18,399 nucleotides of DNA from Candidatus Heimdallarchaeota archaeon (GTDB taxonomy: Archaea > Asgardarchaeota > Heimdallarchaeia > JABLTI01). The notes below the pieces were generated by a model, which saw only the letters and a list, made by a program, of their open reading frames with translations, was not told the origin of the DNA and ran no database searches. The DNA is taken from contig JAUWKS010000062.1 of the NCBI GenBank assembly GCA_030614005.1, forward strand, positions 1-18,399, read 5' to 3'. Below, one piece after another: positions 6,125-15,141 of the stretch. Made by a program: the position numbers and the translations under genes. The first letter of the stretch is position 1, and every line of letters begins with the position of its first letter.

Positions 6125-7783
6125 TTATTTTTCTTTTCGTTTCTTTGTTACAACTAGCCCATCTTTGACTATTTTTCCATCTACTAATTCTATTGCTCGA
6201 GTTTTTTCTCTTATCATTGTTATATTATGTGTTGCAATGATTGTTGTTTGAGCTGTCTCTTTATTCATTTTGTATATTTGATCTGCTGTTTGTTCTACCA
6301 ATTCCGAATCAAGATTTGCTGTTGGTTCATCCAGTACCAATATTTTTGGTGTCCCATTGTTTGCCATTGCCAACATTGCTCTTTGTAGCTCTCCTCCTGA
6401 TATTTCCATCGGGTAGTTATTTTGTTTGTGTGCTATTTGAAACGTTTCTAGCAATGTTTTCTTTTCGTTTTTGGTTGTCTCTTTTTTCTCTTTCTTCTTG
6501 GAGTATATTTCTTTCAAATAGAGATTTTCTCTCACAGTTAGATATGGGTGCATATTTCCTTGTTGTGATACTATTCCAAACTCTTCTCTTCTTACTGCTG
6601 CTCTTTCCACATCTGTTTTTTCGCTAAAATTCTCTCCCAGGATGGTTATCTTTCCTTCTGTGCATGGCTCCATACCTGTTATTACTTTTAGGAGGGTTGT
6701 TTTCCCTGAACCACTTGGTCCGAGAATAAAGAGCAATTCTCCTTCATTGATTTCTAGTTCTATCCCTGCTAATGCTTTTACTTCCCCTTTCTTATACAGG
6801 TATGTTTTTGCTACATTCTCTAATTTAATTGCTTTTTTCGCGTTTTTGTAATAGTCTTTTGGCAGTGGTTCTAGTAGCAATTGTTTTCTCTGCTCTTTGT
6901 ATTCCGGTAATTTCACTTTTTTTGGCGGCTTTTTCTCTGGATGGCCAAGAGTTATCGAGCCTTTTTTCGTTACCTTAAATTCCAAGTTTCTTTCTAGTTG
7001 TAAGGTTTCAAATACTAGATCTGGCAGTCTAGTATGTTTTGTTTGATCAATATAGCTTTTCAGATATATCGGGAATGAGCTTCTTTGTTTTCTTTCTTCT
7101 TCGCTCAGCACGGTTGATATCCGTCCATCCCGTATTTCATAGGTCTTATCTACTCCTTCTAAGAATCTGGAGTCATGAGTTACTACAATTACTGTTGTAT
7201 CGTACACTTCTGCTATTTGTTTCAGTAATTGTTTTACATTCTTGGTGTTCTCACTGTCTAGCTGTCCTGTTGGTTCATCACACAATAATAAGGGTGTTTT
7301 CTTTGCTAACGCACAAGCAATTGCAACTCGAGTCATCTCTCCTCCTGATAATGGTTTCACCAATCTATTTTCTAAATGACTGATACCTAAATCAGTCATT
7401 ATTTTCATTCTTTTCTTTCCTGTTGTTGGTGTATCCCCATATCTGAGGGTATAGGCAAATTGTAGATTATCTTTCACTGTTGCATCTAAGAATAAAGTTC
7501 GTTCTGGAAATTGGTCCACAAAGCCTATTATTTTCAGTCTGTAATTGCTCAAATTCTCAGGAGTGATTTTTTCCAAGCGGTACCCTGCTACGATTGCTTC
7601 TCCACTTGATATTGTTTCAATTCCACCCAAGATATTTATCAGTGTTGTTTTTCCTGAGCCGCTTGGTCCTACAATTGAAATCAACTCACCCTCCTCTACC
7701 ACTAATTCGCACCCTCGTAAAGCAGGTATTTTTGTTCCGAGGGAACTTTCGTATATTTTTATCAAGTCAATGCATTCTATCAT
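6125..7783 (-). CDS. ABC transporter ATP-binding protein with two fused LolD/MacB-type ATPase domains and an AbrB-like linker (552 aa)
   Basis: Two Walker A GPSGSGKTT motifs, signatures LSGGE and ISGGE, Walker B LLCDEPT and LVLDEPT, H-loops VVTH and IATH. Start set at ATG 7783 (MIECIDL), preceded by AGGAG overlapping the upstream gene's stop. Confidence 0.9.
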   Translation of the reverse strand: MIECIDLIKIYESSLGTKIPALRGCELVVEEGELISIVGPSGSGKTTLINILGGIETISSGEAIVAGYRLEKITPENLSNYRLKIIGFVDQFPERTLFLDATVKDNLQFAYTLRYGDTPTTGKKRMKIMTDLGISHLENRLVKPLSGGEMTRVAIACALAKKTPLLLCDEPTGQLDSENTKNVKQLLKQIAEVYDTTVIVVTHDSRFLEGVDKTYEIRDGRISTVLSEEERKQRSSFPIYLKSYIDQTKHTRLPDLVFETLQLERNLEFKVTKKGSITLGHPEKKPPKKVKLPEYKEQRKQLLLEPLPKDYYKNAKKAIKLENVAKTYLYKKGEVKALAGIELEINEGELLFILGPSGSGKTTLLKVITGMEPCTEGKITILGENFSEKTDVERAAVRREEFGIVSQQGNMHPYLTVRENLYLKEIYSKKKEKKETTKNEKKTLLETFQIAHKQNNYPMEISGGELQRAMLAMANNGTPKILVLDEPTANLDSELVEQTADQIYKMNKETAQTTIIATHNITMIREKTRAIELVDGKIVKDGLVVTKKRKEK

Positions 7784-7788
7784 TTTTC

Positions 7789-10698
7789 TTACTCCTGTTT
7801 TATTGGTCTGTATTGGTTTATTGGTCGTATTAGTGCTATACTCCAAATTCCATTTATCGCTAGAAATTCCATTAGCGTTATTATAACTAGTAACCACCAA
7901 GGTACGCAAAGAGCGAATTGATTATACACAAACAATTTCACTACTAGGTACTTGTCTACTAATTGTAGTACAGTAGTTGCCAATCCAATTGAGATACTGA
8001 TAGGTATAATAGTTATCAACAGAATTTCTATAGTGAATCCCCACCAGATTTGTTTTCTATTTGCTCCTAATCTATACTGAGTTTCGACTATTTTCATTCT
8101 TTGTTGAAAGATTATCTTTGAGGTAAACAAACTATAGAATACCAGCACAAAAACTGTCAGCGCAGTTGTTATTTGCAATAAAAGCAGAATAAAATTATTG
8201 TAAGTATCTAACGCTGGTCTGGTATTCTCTTCATCTAGAGTAAACTGTAATTGATAGGTTTCTTTGAGATCTTCTTTGATTGGTTGTATTTCCTCTTCGG
8301 CTGAGATTTTCATCAAAAGAAAACTACTTTTTGTTACTGTGATGTCTTTTGCAGTATATGCTAATTCTTTTGCAGTGTTATAGTTTGTTACTAGACTATA
8401 GGTTACTAATCGATTATTTGACAAAATATCTTTATCTTGCAATGGCAGTAATGGAAAGTATTCAAAATAGCTGACATATGTTAAAGCGAATTGGTAATAG
8501 GTGGAACTTAGTTGTGAGTTATAGAGCGTAGTGTTCTTATCATAATTATTCTTTTTTGCATAGTTTTCACTCATCAGATAGCTATTATCGGTTTCTAACG
8601 CACTAATATGTTCCAGAGAATAGCTTACTTGTCCTAATTTTGTGTAATCTATTGCTTGGCAAAACTGCTCTGGATTGTGTATTCCCAAGATATGAATGGT
8701 ATAATCAGTAATGTAAGTTGTTTCTACAACACCTAATGTGTAGCTGAATTTATAGAGCGTAACTTCTGTTGCTACTTCAATGTTTTCCCGTAAACTGAGC
8801 TCTGTCAATATCGTCTCATTTGTAGTCCAATCCATTACTACTAAATCAGAACAACCATTTGCTAGATTTGATTCCAAAATGTGGTGATCTTCATATGATT
8901 TGCTAATTACTGCTCCAGGTATAATACATAATAGTGAAACTAGAAGAACAAAAATGAACCTTTTATAATCCCTATAATTTGCTGAGAAATTTTTCAATGA
9001 GAGTGTTACCAAGTTTTTCTTCCAGAGCCAAACCTTGTCGCCCAGAAAAGCAATCCCTCTCGTAATTATTCTTGAGATGAAGTAAAAAATCGAACAACTT
9101 AGAAGAATAATTCCAACGAATAGCAAGGAAACAAAGATCATTAGGTTTGATAGGTAAAATGAATAGGTATCTACTAAAATGAACCCCATGAATTGCAGGA
9201 GGAAGATTCCTAGAATACCTAGGGATGTGGTCAGTATTCCCGGGAACAAAACCTTACATTCTGGATAGGCTAAAAGCTTTGATGCTATCTTCTGGTGTAA
9301 TTTTACTGGTTCACTCACAGGAATGAATGCTGTTTTTTTCATCAGCGCTTTTTCGGTTAAATACCCACCTAAGAATAAAAAGAGGGTGAATGAACAAACC
9401 GAAAACCAATAGAGTGGTAGCACTAATCCTCCAATAAAACTGGATGGTTCCACTTGATACTTTTGTACTGATGTGAGGATAATTCCCATGATTATTCCTA
9501 TGAAGAAACCAGTTACAAAGCTTGCACCAGTTGTTATTATTCCTTCAAATATGAGTACTTTTTTCATTGTTTTATTTTTTATCCCATATTTTTTCAGAAT
9601 TGCAAATGTTGTTTGTAGTTTTTGGGCATCTATATTGAATGATTCCAGTGCGGTAAAGAATATCAATGATAAAATTGGTAGACTGATAGCTATTATTCGA
9701 ATCGTTTCTCGTGTCCAGTAATTGTTAAATGAAAATAGTTTTTTTAGAAGAGCGCTCCCCCAAGTAAAAGCACCATATCTGATAGTTGTTATCCCATACT
9801 CATAGACAAAATCACCAGCTACTTTGTTAATTTTCCATTCCAGTTGACTTTGGTATTTGAACATATTTCGATAATTCATTACAGACCAATCATAGCTAAA
9901 ATCCACTACTATAGCAAAACCAAGACTGGTATATGGATGTTGCTTCACTGCTTCAACAAAGAGATTAGCAGTTGTGAAGAATTGATGTGTAACACTTACT
10001 GGTAGATATTTCTTCCAGTTTAGCACATCAATTGATTTATTGTAGAGAATGAATTCGTTTGTTAGGTTTTCAATGATTCCAACAACAGTATAATTTTGAG
10101 AGTATCTTCTACTATATTTGTTTACAGATAATGAAAAATTATCGCCAATAGTAGGATTTGTCTCTGAAACTCCTTCTCTGAAATAGAGGAGTTCACTTTC
10201 ATTATTTGGCATTCTACCTTCCTGTAAACAATTATTCAGTAATTCATTGGTATTATCATCTAGAAAATTTAATCCATAAGCTGGTGCTCCTTCTGCAGGA
10301 TAAAGTCTTAATGCTATTAATCCAGTCGTGCTAGTAATCGTGTTTTCTGGGAGAATAGTATAGTACTGATATTTATATTTAGATATAATTATTTCAAGGA
10401 TGTTTCTTGTTAGATTTAATTGCTCAACAGCTAGGTGGCTGGAGTAATGTTCTTCTGAAATACTATATTCTTGATCATTCAACCAGTTAGTATTTTCTTT
10501 TGAAAAATTTTGGTATAGATCTATTCTATAACTATTCCATACTAAAATTATTGAAGTAAATATAGCAAAGAAAACCATTCCTGTGAGAATATAAAGTAAA
10601 ATTCTTCTCTTCCCTACTTTCAGAAACATTTTGGTTATTGTTTTCATAGATATTGGATGTGTGTGTCTGAGTGATTTTCTTTCGTAATTTGATTTCAT
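7789..10698 (-). CDS. FtsX/MacB-like ABC exporter permease (duplicated architecture, 969 aa)
   Basis: N-terminal TM, large extracytoplasmic domain (LQEGRMPNNESE, YTVVGII), three TMs, then a repeat of that layout; coupling-helix-like ILKKYGI and YRLGA; in an operon with the ABC ATPase. Confidence 0.8.
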   Translation of the reverse strand: MKSNYERKSLRHTHPISMKTITKMFLKVGKRRILLYILTGMVFFAIFTSIILVWNSYRIDLYQNFSKENTNWLNDQEYSISEEHYSSHLAVEQLNLTRNILEIIISKYKYQYYTILPENTITSTTGLIALRLYPAEGAPAYGLNFLDDNTNELLNNCLQEGRMPNNESELLYFREGVSETNPTIGDNFSLSVNKYSRRYSQNYTVVGIIENLTNEFILYNKSIDVLNWKKYLPVSVTHQFFTTANLFVEAVKQHPYTSLGFAIVVDFSYDWSVMNYRNMFKYQSQLEWKINKVAGDFVYEYGITTIRYGAFTWGSALLKKLFSFNNYWTRETIRIIAISLPILSLIFFTALESFNIDAQKLQTTFAILKKYGIKNKTMKKVLIFEGIITTGASFVTGFFIGIIMGIILTSVQKYQVEPSSFIGGLVLPLYWFSVCSFTLFLFLGGYLTEKALMKKTAFIPVSEPVKLHQKIASKLLAYPECKVLFPGILTTSLGILGIFLLQFMGFILVDTYSFYLSNLMIFVSLLFVGIILLSCSIFYFISRIITRGIAFLGDKVWLWKKNLVTLSLKNFSANYRDYKRFIFVLLVSLLCIIPGAVISKSYEDHHILESNLANGCSDLVVMDWTTNETILTELSLRENIEVATEVTLYKFSYTLGVVETTYITDYTIHILGIHNPEQFCQAIDYTKLGQVSYSLEHISALETDNSYLMSENYAKKNNYDKNTTLYNSQLSSTYYQFALTYVSYFEYFPLLPLQDKDILSNNRLVTYSLVTNYNTAKELAYTAKDITVTKSSFLLMKISAEEEIQPIKEDLKETYQLQFTLDEENTRPALDTYNNFILLLLQITTALTVFVLVFYSLFTSKIIFQQRMKIVETQYRLGANRKQIWWGFTIEILLITIIPISISIGLATTVLQLVDKYLVVKLFVYNQFALCVPWWLLVIITLMEFLAINGIWSIALIRPINQYRPIKQE

Positions 10699-10714
10699 TT
10701 TGTATCCCCCATTA

Positions 10715-13612
10715 TTACTCCACTTTTATTGGTCTATAGTTTTTCACTTGTGGTATCAGACTTGCTGCATTTCCCCCTACTATCAAACATTCGCTTAGAA
10801 GTGTAATCAATATCAATAACCACCAAGGTAACCAGAGATTAAATGAATGATATATTTGCTGAATAGGTATCAATTGCTTGAGAAGCAATAAGAATAGACA
10901 GCTAGCCATTGTGGATATCAGAACAGGACCAGCTGTGATCAAAATTATCTCTAGTACCATTCCTTGCCAAATTTGATTTCTATCTATTCCCAATCTATAT
11001 TCTGTTTCGATTATTCTTTTTCGCCGGTTGTAAATAGTTACTGCAGTAATATACCCGTAGAAGAAGATTATACTAGCAACAATAACAGAGCAAATTATTG
11101 AAAAAATACTTGTGAAAGAATTAGTAGTTTGATCAAGTTCTTTTTCTACAGATTCTGTCGTAATTATTGATGACCAATTATAGATGTTAGTTATTTCACT
11201 TGTGATTGAAGTGAGATTTCCTTCAGCTGTTGTCCTAAGTAGCAAGTAGTCTCTTTCAGAGTAAGTGGCACTTGTTGTAACACTCTCGAGTAGTTGAACT
11301 GTTTGCAAAGATGTTACCAATTGAAATGAAATTGATTGTTGGAATGGTGTTGAGGCATCTGCCACCAAGGGTAGTAGTGGGAAATAATCAAATGATTTAA
11401 CGTATTCTAGTGGATATCTTTCAATCGTTTCTCCGAAAAAGGAGTTATATAAAATTCTATCTGGATCATCATAACCATAGTTCTTCACATGTTCCTTGTT
11501 CATCAAATAAGTTAAATTTCTTGATAATTTTTCAATATCTTCTTCGGAGTATTGTATCTTCCCTAATCTAGACAAATCAACCACTTGATTAAAATGCTTA
11601 CAATTATGTATCGCTAGAATTAAAATCGTATATATCACGTTATGCCCAAAGTCAAAACTGGCTTCAAAATTGATAGTTACAATGGTTACTGTAGTTGTTT
11701 GTTGAACACCAACTATTTGCTCTATTTCTCTTTGTGGTAAAGTATAGTTATCCCAATTTTCTATTAGCAAATCGGCACATCCAACACTCATATCTCTTTC
11801 AAGAGCTATTTGCCTATTCATCGAAGGAGGAAGTATTGCACCTGGCAATAAACCTATACTTGCGATTAATGTAATGACAATTACTCTTTGATAATTTTCT
11901 TTATTTGTTATAAGATTCTTCAATGCATAACTTAGTCTATTTTTATTTTCATACCATCTTCTTTCTCCGATTTTATTGAATTGAGCAAGGATGCATCTTG
12001 CTACTATATAGAACAAACCATTTATTGTGACCAATGCACCTACGATAATGAATACCCATGCAATTAAGGTTATCAAACTTGACAAATCATAAGAAATTGA
12101 AGTTGCAGTTAGTCGTTCAAGCGGGACTATTGTTGCCAATAAAACTCCAGGCAGAAGCATAGTGATTCCGGTTGCTAATAAAACTAGTTCATGTGGAGTC
12201 AACCATACTCTTTTTTTCTTTGAGAATGCTTTTGTTTCTGGTTTCGATTTCATTACTGAGGTTTTCCTCACTATTCGATTTTCTGCGATTATCATTCCTA
12301 TGAACAAAACAAACGTTATCAGTGCCAATATTAGAAGATAGAATGGTTCGAGAAGATACTCAAGAATCGTTTGAATGGTTACTCTAAGGCCTATTATTTT
12401 AGTTAATGCTAATCCCACGAAAGTTCCAACAATAATACCAACAATTAAACTTAGAAGTACTACAAATACACCTTTTATAAGAAGGAGGTTTTTTATTGTT
12501 CTATTTGATAGTCCTTGTAGTTTCATTTTAAAGGTTATATTTTCAAACTCTGTTTGCCCACTTTTGTTTATTTCAATACTGACAAAGAAGAGTAAGAGGA
12601 GTGCAGGTGTCAATAGAAGAATGCTCTTTATTGTTTCGTATATCCAGAAGTAATTAAAACCTTGGAGTGTAGAGAATATATCTTTACACAAAGTGATACT
12701 CTCACTTTGCTCAGAGGAGAAATGAACATCTGTTTGTAATAGATCCTGATGTTGAGATAAATACATCGATATTCTTTGAACATTTATTGCCGAATAGTCA
12801 TACATAAAATCGACAATCATTGCTCTACCGGCATTTATCACTGGGAACGAATTGATTGTTGAGAAGAAATCTTCATTGTTAGTATAAAATATTTCATTAG
12901 CAGAAAAGATATATCGATACTCGTTAAGATTTTCTTGCCAATTCACACAATTCGATGAATAGCCTGATGATTCTAAATGTGGTACAAGAGGACCTAGTAT
13001 TCCTACTATTGTAAAATTCTTTGCAAAGGTATTTGGCACCCTTAATGTTCGGATGGAAATTTCATCATTTAGGTTATAGGTTGAGATATTTTGTTTTTGA
13101 AAATAAAGTATTTCTGCATTATTTGCTGGCAATCGTCCAGTAACTAAACTCTGGTTTAGTATTGGTAGAAGTTCAGCAGTTGTAGTTCTAAACTCAGTAT
13201 GGTGAAAATCGGTTTGTGTAACTAGATTTGAGTAAAATTCTATTGACATCATTCCTATTATCTTCTCTGAAATGACGTTTGGATATAACTCATTCATGGT
13301 TTCTTGTATTTCTAATGTTAAATCTTCTAAATAGTTCTGATCATATGAAGGGACATAACCGTCTTTAACTGTACTATAAAAAGCACTAATTTGATGCTCT
13401 TCATTCTCTTCTACGAAATCCAAAAAGCTTACAGTTTTCGTGGAATTCCAAGTAGTTAAAAATGATGTCAAAAGAAAAATACAGAATAAAGTAATAACTA
13501 CTGAAAGAAGAAACCTTCTCAAATCATTTTTTATTAGAATCGTAAGTTGATTTTTGATACGATGCAAGGGTTTCTTTTTATTATCACTACTACCATTTGA
13601 ACTATTTATCAT
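10715..13612 (-). CDS. FtsX/MacB-like ABC exporter permease (965 aa), paralog of 7789-10698
   Basis: Same layout (LVTGRLPANNAE, FTIVGIL, MKLQGL, YRLGI); C-termini YRPIKVE vs YRPIKQE; shared GCxDL and FxYFPLLP motifs. Confidence 0.8.
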   Translation of the reverse strand: MINSSNGSSDNKKKPLHRIKNQLTILIKNDLRRFLLSVVITLFCIFLLTSFLTTWNSTKTVSFLDFVEENEEHQISAFYSTVKDGYVPSYDQNYLEDLTLEIQETMNELYPNVISEKIIGMMSIEFYSNLVTQTDFHHTEFRTTTAELLPILNQSLVTGRLPANNAEILYFQKQNISTYNLNDEISIRTLRVPNTFAKNFTIVGILGPLVPHLESSGYSSNCVNWQENLNEYRYIFSANEIFYTNNEDFFSTINSFPVINAGRAMIVDFMYDYSAINVQRISMYLSQHQDLLQTDVHFSSEQSESITLCKDIFSTLQGFNYFWIYETIKSILLLTPALLLLFFVSIEINKSGQTEFENITFKMKLQGLSNRTIKNLLLIKGVFVVLLSLIVGIIVGTFVGLALTKIIGLRVTIQTILEYLLEPFYLLILALITFVLFIGMIIAENRIVRKTSVMKSKPETKAFSKKKRVWLTPHELVLLATGITMLLPGVLLATIVPLERLTATSISYDLSSLITLIAWVFIIVGALVTINGLFYIVARCILAQFNKIGERRWYENKNRLSYALKNLITNKENYQRVIVITLIASIGLLPGAILPPSMNRQIALERDMSVGCADLLIENWDNYTLPQREIEQIVGVQQTTTVTIVTINFEASFDFGHNVIYTILILAIHNCKHFNQVVDLSRLGKIQYSEEDIEKLSRNLTYLMNKEHVKNYGYDDPDRILYNSFFGETIERYPLEYVKSFDYFPLLPLVADASTPFQQSISFQLVTSLQTVQLLESVTTSATYSERDYLLLRTTAEGNLTSITSEITNIYNWSSIITTESVEKELDQTTNSFTSIFSIICSVIVASIIFFYGYITAVTIYNRRKRIIETEYRLGIDRNQIWQGMVLEIILITAGPVLISTMASCLFLLLLKQLIPIQQIYHSFNLWLPWWLLILITLLSECLIVGGNAASLIPQVKNYRPIKVE

Positions 13613-13800
13613 ATGTCCACTTCCCTTCTAAAACCCACTTGTATAAACTGTACCTACTGTAAAATAGGTTCTTATACTATTCAATAATTCAATGTAAAAC
13701 TATTTGTCTTCAAGTGTTCATATCATGTTTTCATAAATTAATTAAAATCTAGTTATTTGAAGAAATTTTCTTGCTTATCCACTATTTGAGTATTATTTGT

Positions 13801-13923
13801 TTTGCTCCTTTACCATCAAGCTTAGAAGTCGATGCTATCATTGAAATTCGCAAGCGAAAAGGTTTGACTGCCGAAGTTCCCGTTCCCGAGAATTGGGCTC
13901 GTTTTATTTACAAACGGCAATAG
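13801..13923 (+). pseudogene. Orphan 3' fragment of an EF-2 gene (40 codons plus TAG)
   Basis: Translates to FAPLPSSLEVDAIIEIRKRKGLTAEVPVPENWARFIYKRQ*, 28/40 aa identical to the EF-2 C-terminus. Homology stops at about 13801 and an in-frame TAG lies at 13750-13752. Confidence 0.9.
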
Positions 13924-13980
13924 GCTTTTGGTTTTTTTCGAGAGATTTTTTTCTCTCCTTTTCTCTTTCTTTTTTTTTTC
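13801..13980 (+). repeat. Right copy of the ~180-bp EF-2 3'-end direct repeat
   Basis: See 5941-6120; includes the identical TTTACAAACGGCAATAGGCTTTTGGTTTTTTTCGAGAGATTTTT core. Confidence 0.95.
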
Positions 13981-14107
13981 TTTCGTCTAAATTTAGCTAA
14001 ATGGTCTTTTATTCTGAGCGAAAAAAGCTTAAAATTGCTTTAATCTTACAATTGTTTTTATAGTCTATTTAACATATTTTCGTATAGAATTTGTGGAGAT
14101 ACAAATT

Positions 14108-14341
14108 ATGTCAAAAGAAAAATCAACTTTTCCTCTCGCAACCATTGAGAGGCTTATGAAAGAACATCTACCAAACAACAAAATTGGTAAGAGCGCGAAA
14201 ATAGAGTTTGGTAATTCACTTGCTGAAGTAGCCAAACTTGCTTGTGAAAAAACTCTTGTCTATACCAATGATGCTAAGAGAAAAACAGTCAAGGCTGAAG
14301 ATGTTCAATCAGCTTTCGAATCAATTGGCGATACAGGCTAA
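14108..14341 (+). CDS. Archaeal histone / histone-fold protein (77 aa)
   Basis: FPLATIERLMK (alpha1) and AKRKTVKAEDV (L2-alpha3) histone-fold signatures. ATG 14108 has GGAG at 14095-14098. Confidence 0.9.
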   Translation: MSKEKSTFPLATIERLMKEHLPNNKIGKSAKIEFGNSLAEVAKLACEKTLVYTNDAKRKTVKAEDVQSAFESIGDTG

Positions 14342-14426
14342 TTACTTGTCTAGAACTCATCTAATGCAGGGTGAAAAATAACACAGGTCTTTGTCTAACG
14401 ACAATAGTTAAATAATCAAATAATTG

Positions 14427-14462
14427 GGGAGAAAAATTTTCTCTCTTTCTTTTTTATTTTTA
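14427..14462 (+). terminator. GAGA/TCTC hairpin followed by a T-tract downstream of the histone gene
   Basis: GGGAGAAAAATTTTCTCTCTTTCTTTTTTATTTTT, similar to the EF-2 terminator. Confidence 0.5.
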
Positions 14463-14791
14463 GTCAAATGGTCGTTCCTCATATTTTATCTTTTCAACCT
14501 AAATTGTGCTTTTCTTCTTTCCAAAAAAAATTGCCTCTAAAATATCTCTTATAAGGAGTAAAGAGCAATGATAGCTACGAATTTGAGGGTAAGAAACGCT
14601 TGTTATATTTTCTTCAACTCTTATAACAAAATTATAACCTCTACCCAAAAAAACGTTTATTGGGACGGTGGACTGGATTCCCACTGTCCGTGAATTTTTC
14701 TTGTGTTAGCATATGCTGATCAAAACGTTACAGAATATAGCAATTGAAAAAAGAAAGAAAAAAGGCAAAAAAAAGTTCGTTAATTGATTTA

Positions 14792-14950
14792 TTAGATAGA
14801 TTCGAAATCGCCTTTGCCGGCGCCACACACAGGGCAGACCCAATCATCGGGGACATCTTCCCATTTTGTTCCGGGAGCAACACCTGATTCTGGATCGCCT
14901 TCATCTTCGTCATAAATGTAGGCACAAATTGTGCACTCGTATTTTGCCAT
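14792..14950 (-). CDS. rub: Rubredoxin, 52 aa ([52 protein letters not shown])
   Basis: Manual translation, absent from the ORF track. Two CxxC motifs (CTIC, CPVC) and the canonical YD..GDP..G..PGT.WED.PDDW core. Confidence 0.97.
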   Translation of the reverse strand: MAKYECTICAYIYDEDEGDPESGVAPGTKWEDVPDDWVCPVCGAGKGDFESI

Positions 14951-15141
14951 TGGTTTTTTTCTCCAATATTCTTTTGCAAGTAATTGTTATTTTCTTTCGT
15001 ATTAAACAATTCTTACATTTTGTTCACTTGCACCCAATATAAAAATATGCTCTCTTCATTTCTGAGACACGTTATCAATAAAAAATTAGAAATACAAGAG
15101 CGAAATATTGCTCGCATCTTGCAGTTGATTGTTTAGTTGGT

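Larger units (their letters stand above)
6091..13950. mobile_element. Putative genomic islet inserted at the EF-2 3' end, carrying an ABC exporter; no integrase visible
   Basis: Three co-oriented cargo genes bounded by the direct repeat of the EF-2 3' end. Boundaries are approximate and mobility is inferred. Confidence 0.55.

Noticed and set aside
6033-7886. Plus-strand hydrophobic ORFs over the ABC ATPase (e.g. 6241-6627, 7039-7383)
   Set aside because: Antisense shadows of an A-rich coding strand, giving Phe/Leu-rich artefacts.
7784-7909. N-terminal extension of the ATPase ORF to 7909
   Set aside because: Overlaps the permease C-terminus; ATG 7783 has an AGGAG site and matches the normal ATPase start.
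6091-13800. Integrase or transposase within the putative island
   Set aside because: The interval is fully occupied by three ABC genes and a promoter region; no recombinase motifs or remnants were seen.
3802-13989. Inverted TAGACGAAA (about 3802) / TTTCGTCTA (about 13981) next to A/T tracts, bracketing EF-2 and the island
   Set aside because: Only 9 bp in low-complexity sequence; compatible with chance.
14499-14684. 61-aa minus-strand ORF with a GTG start
   Set aside because: No motif or clear ribosome-binding site, and it starts inside a hairpin. Cannot be supported, though not excluded.
14728-15009. 93-aa minus-strand ORF in the track
   Set aside because: Off-frame shadow of the rubredoxin gene.
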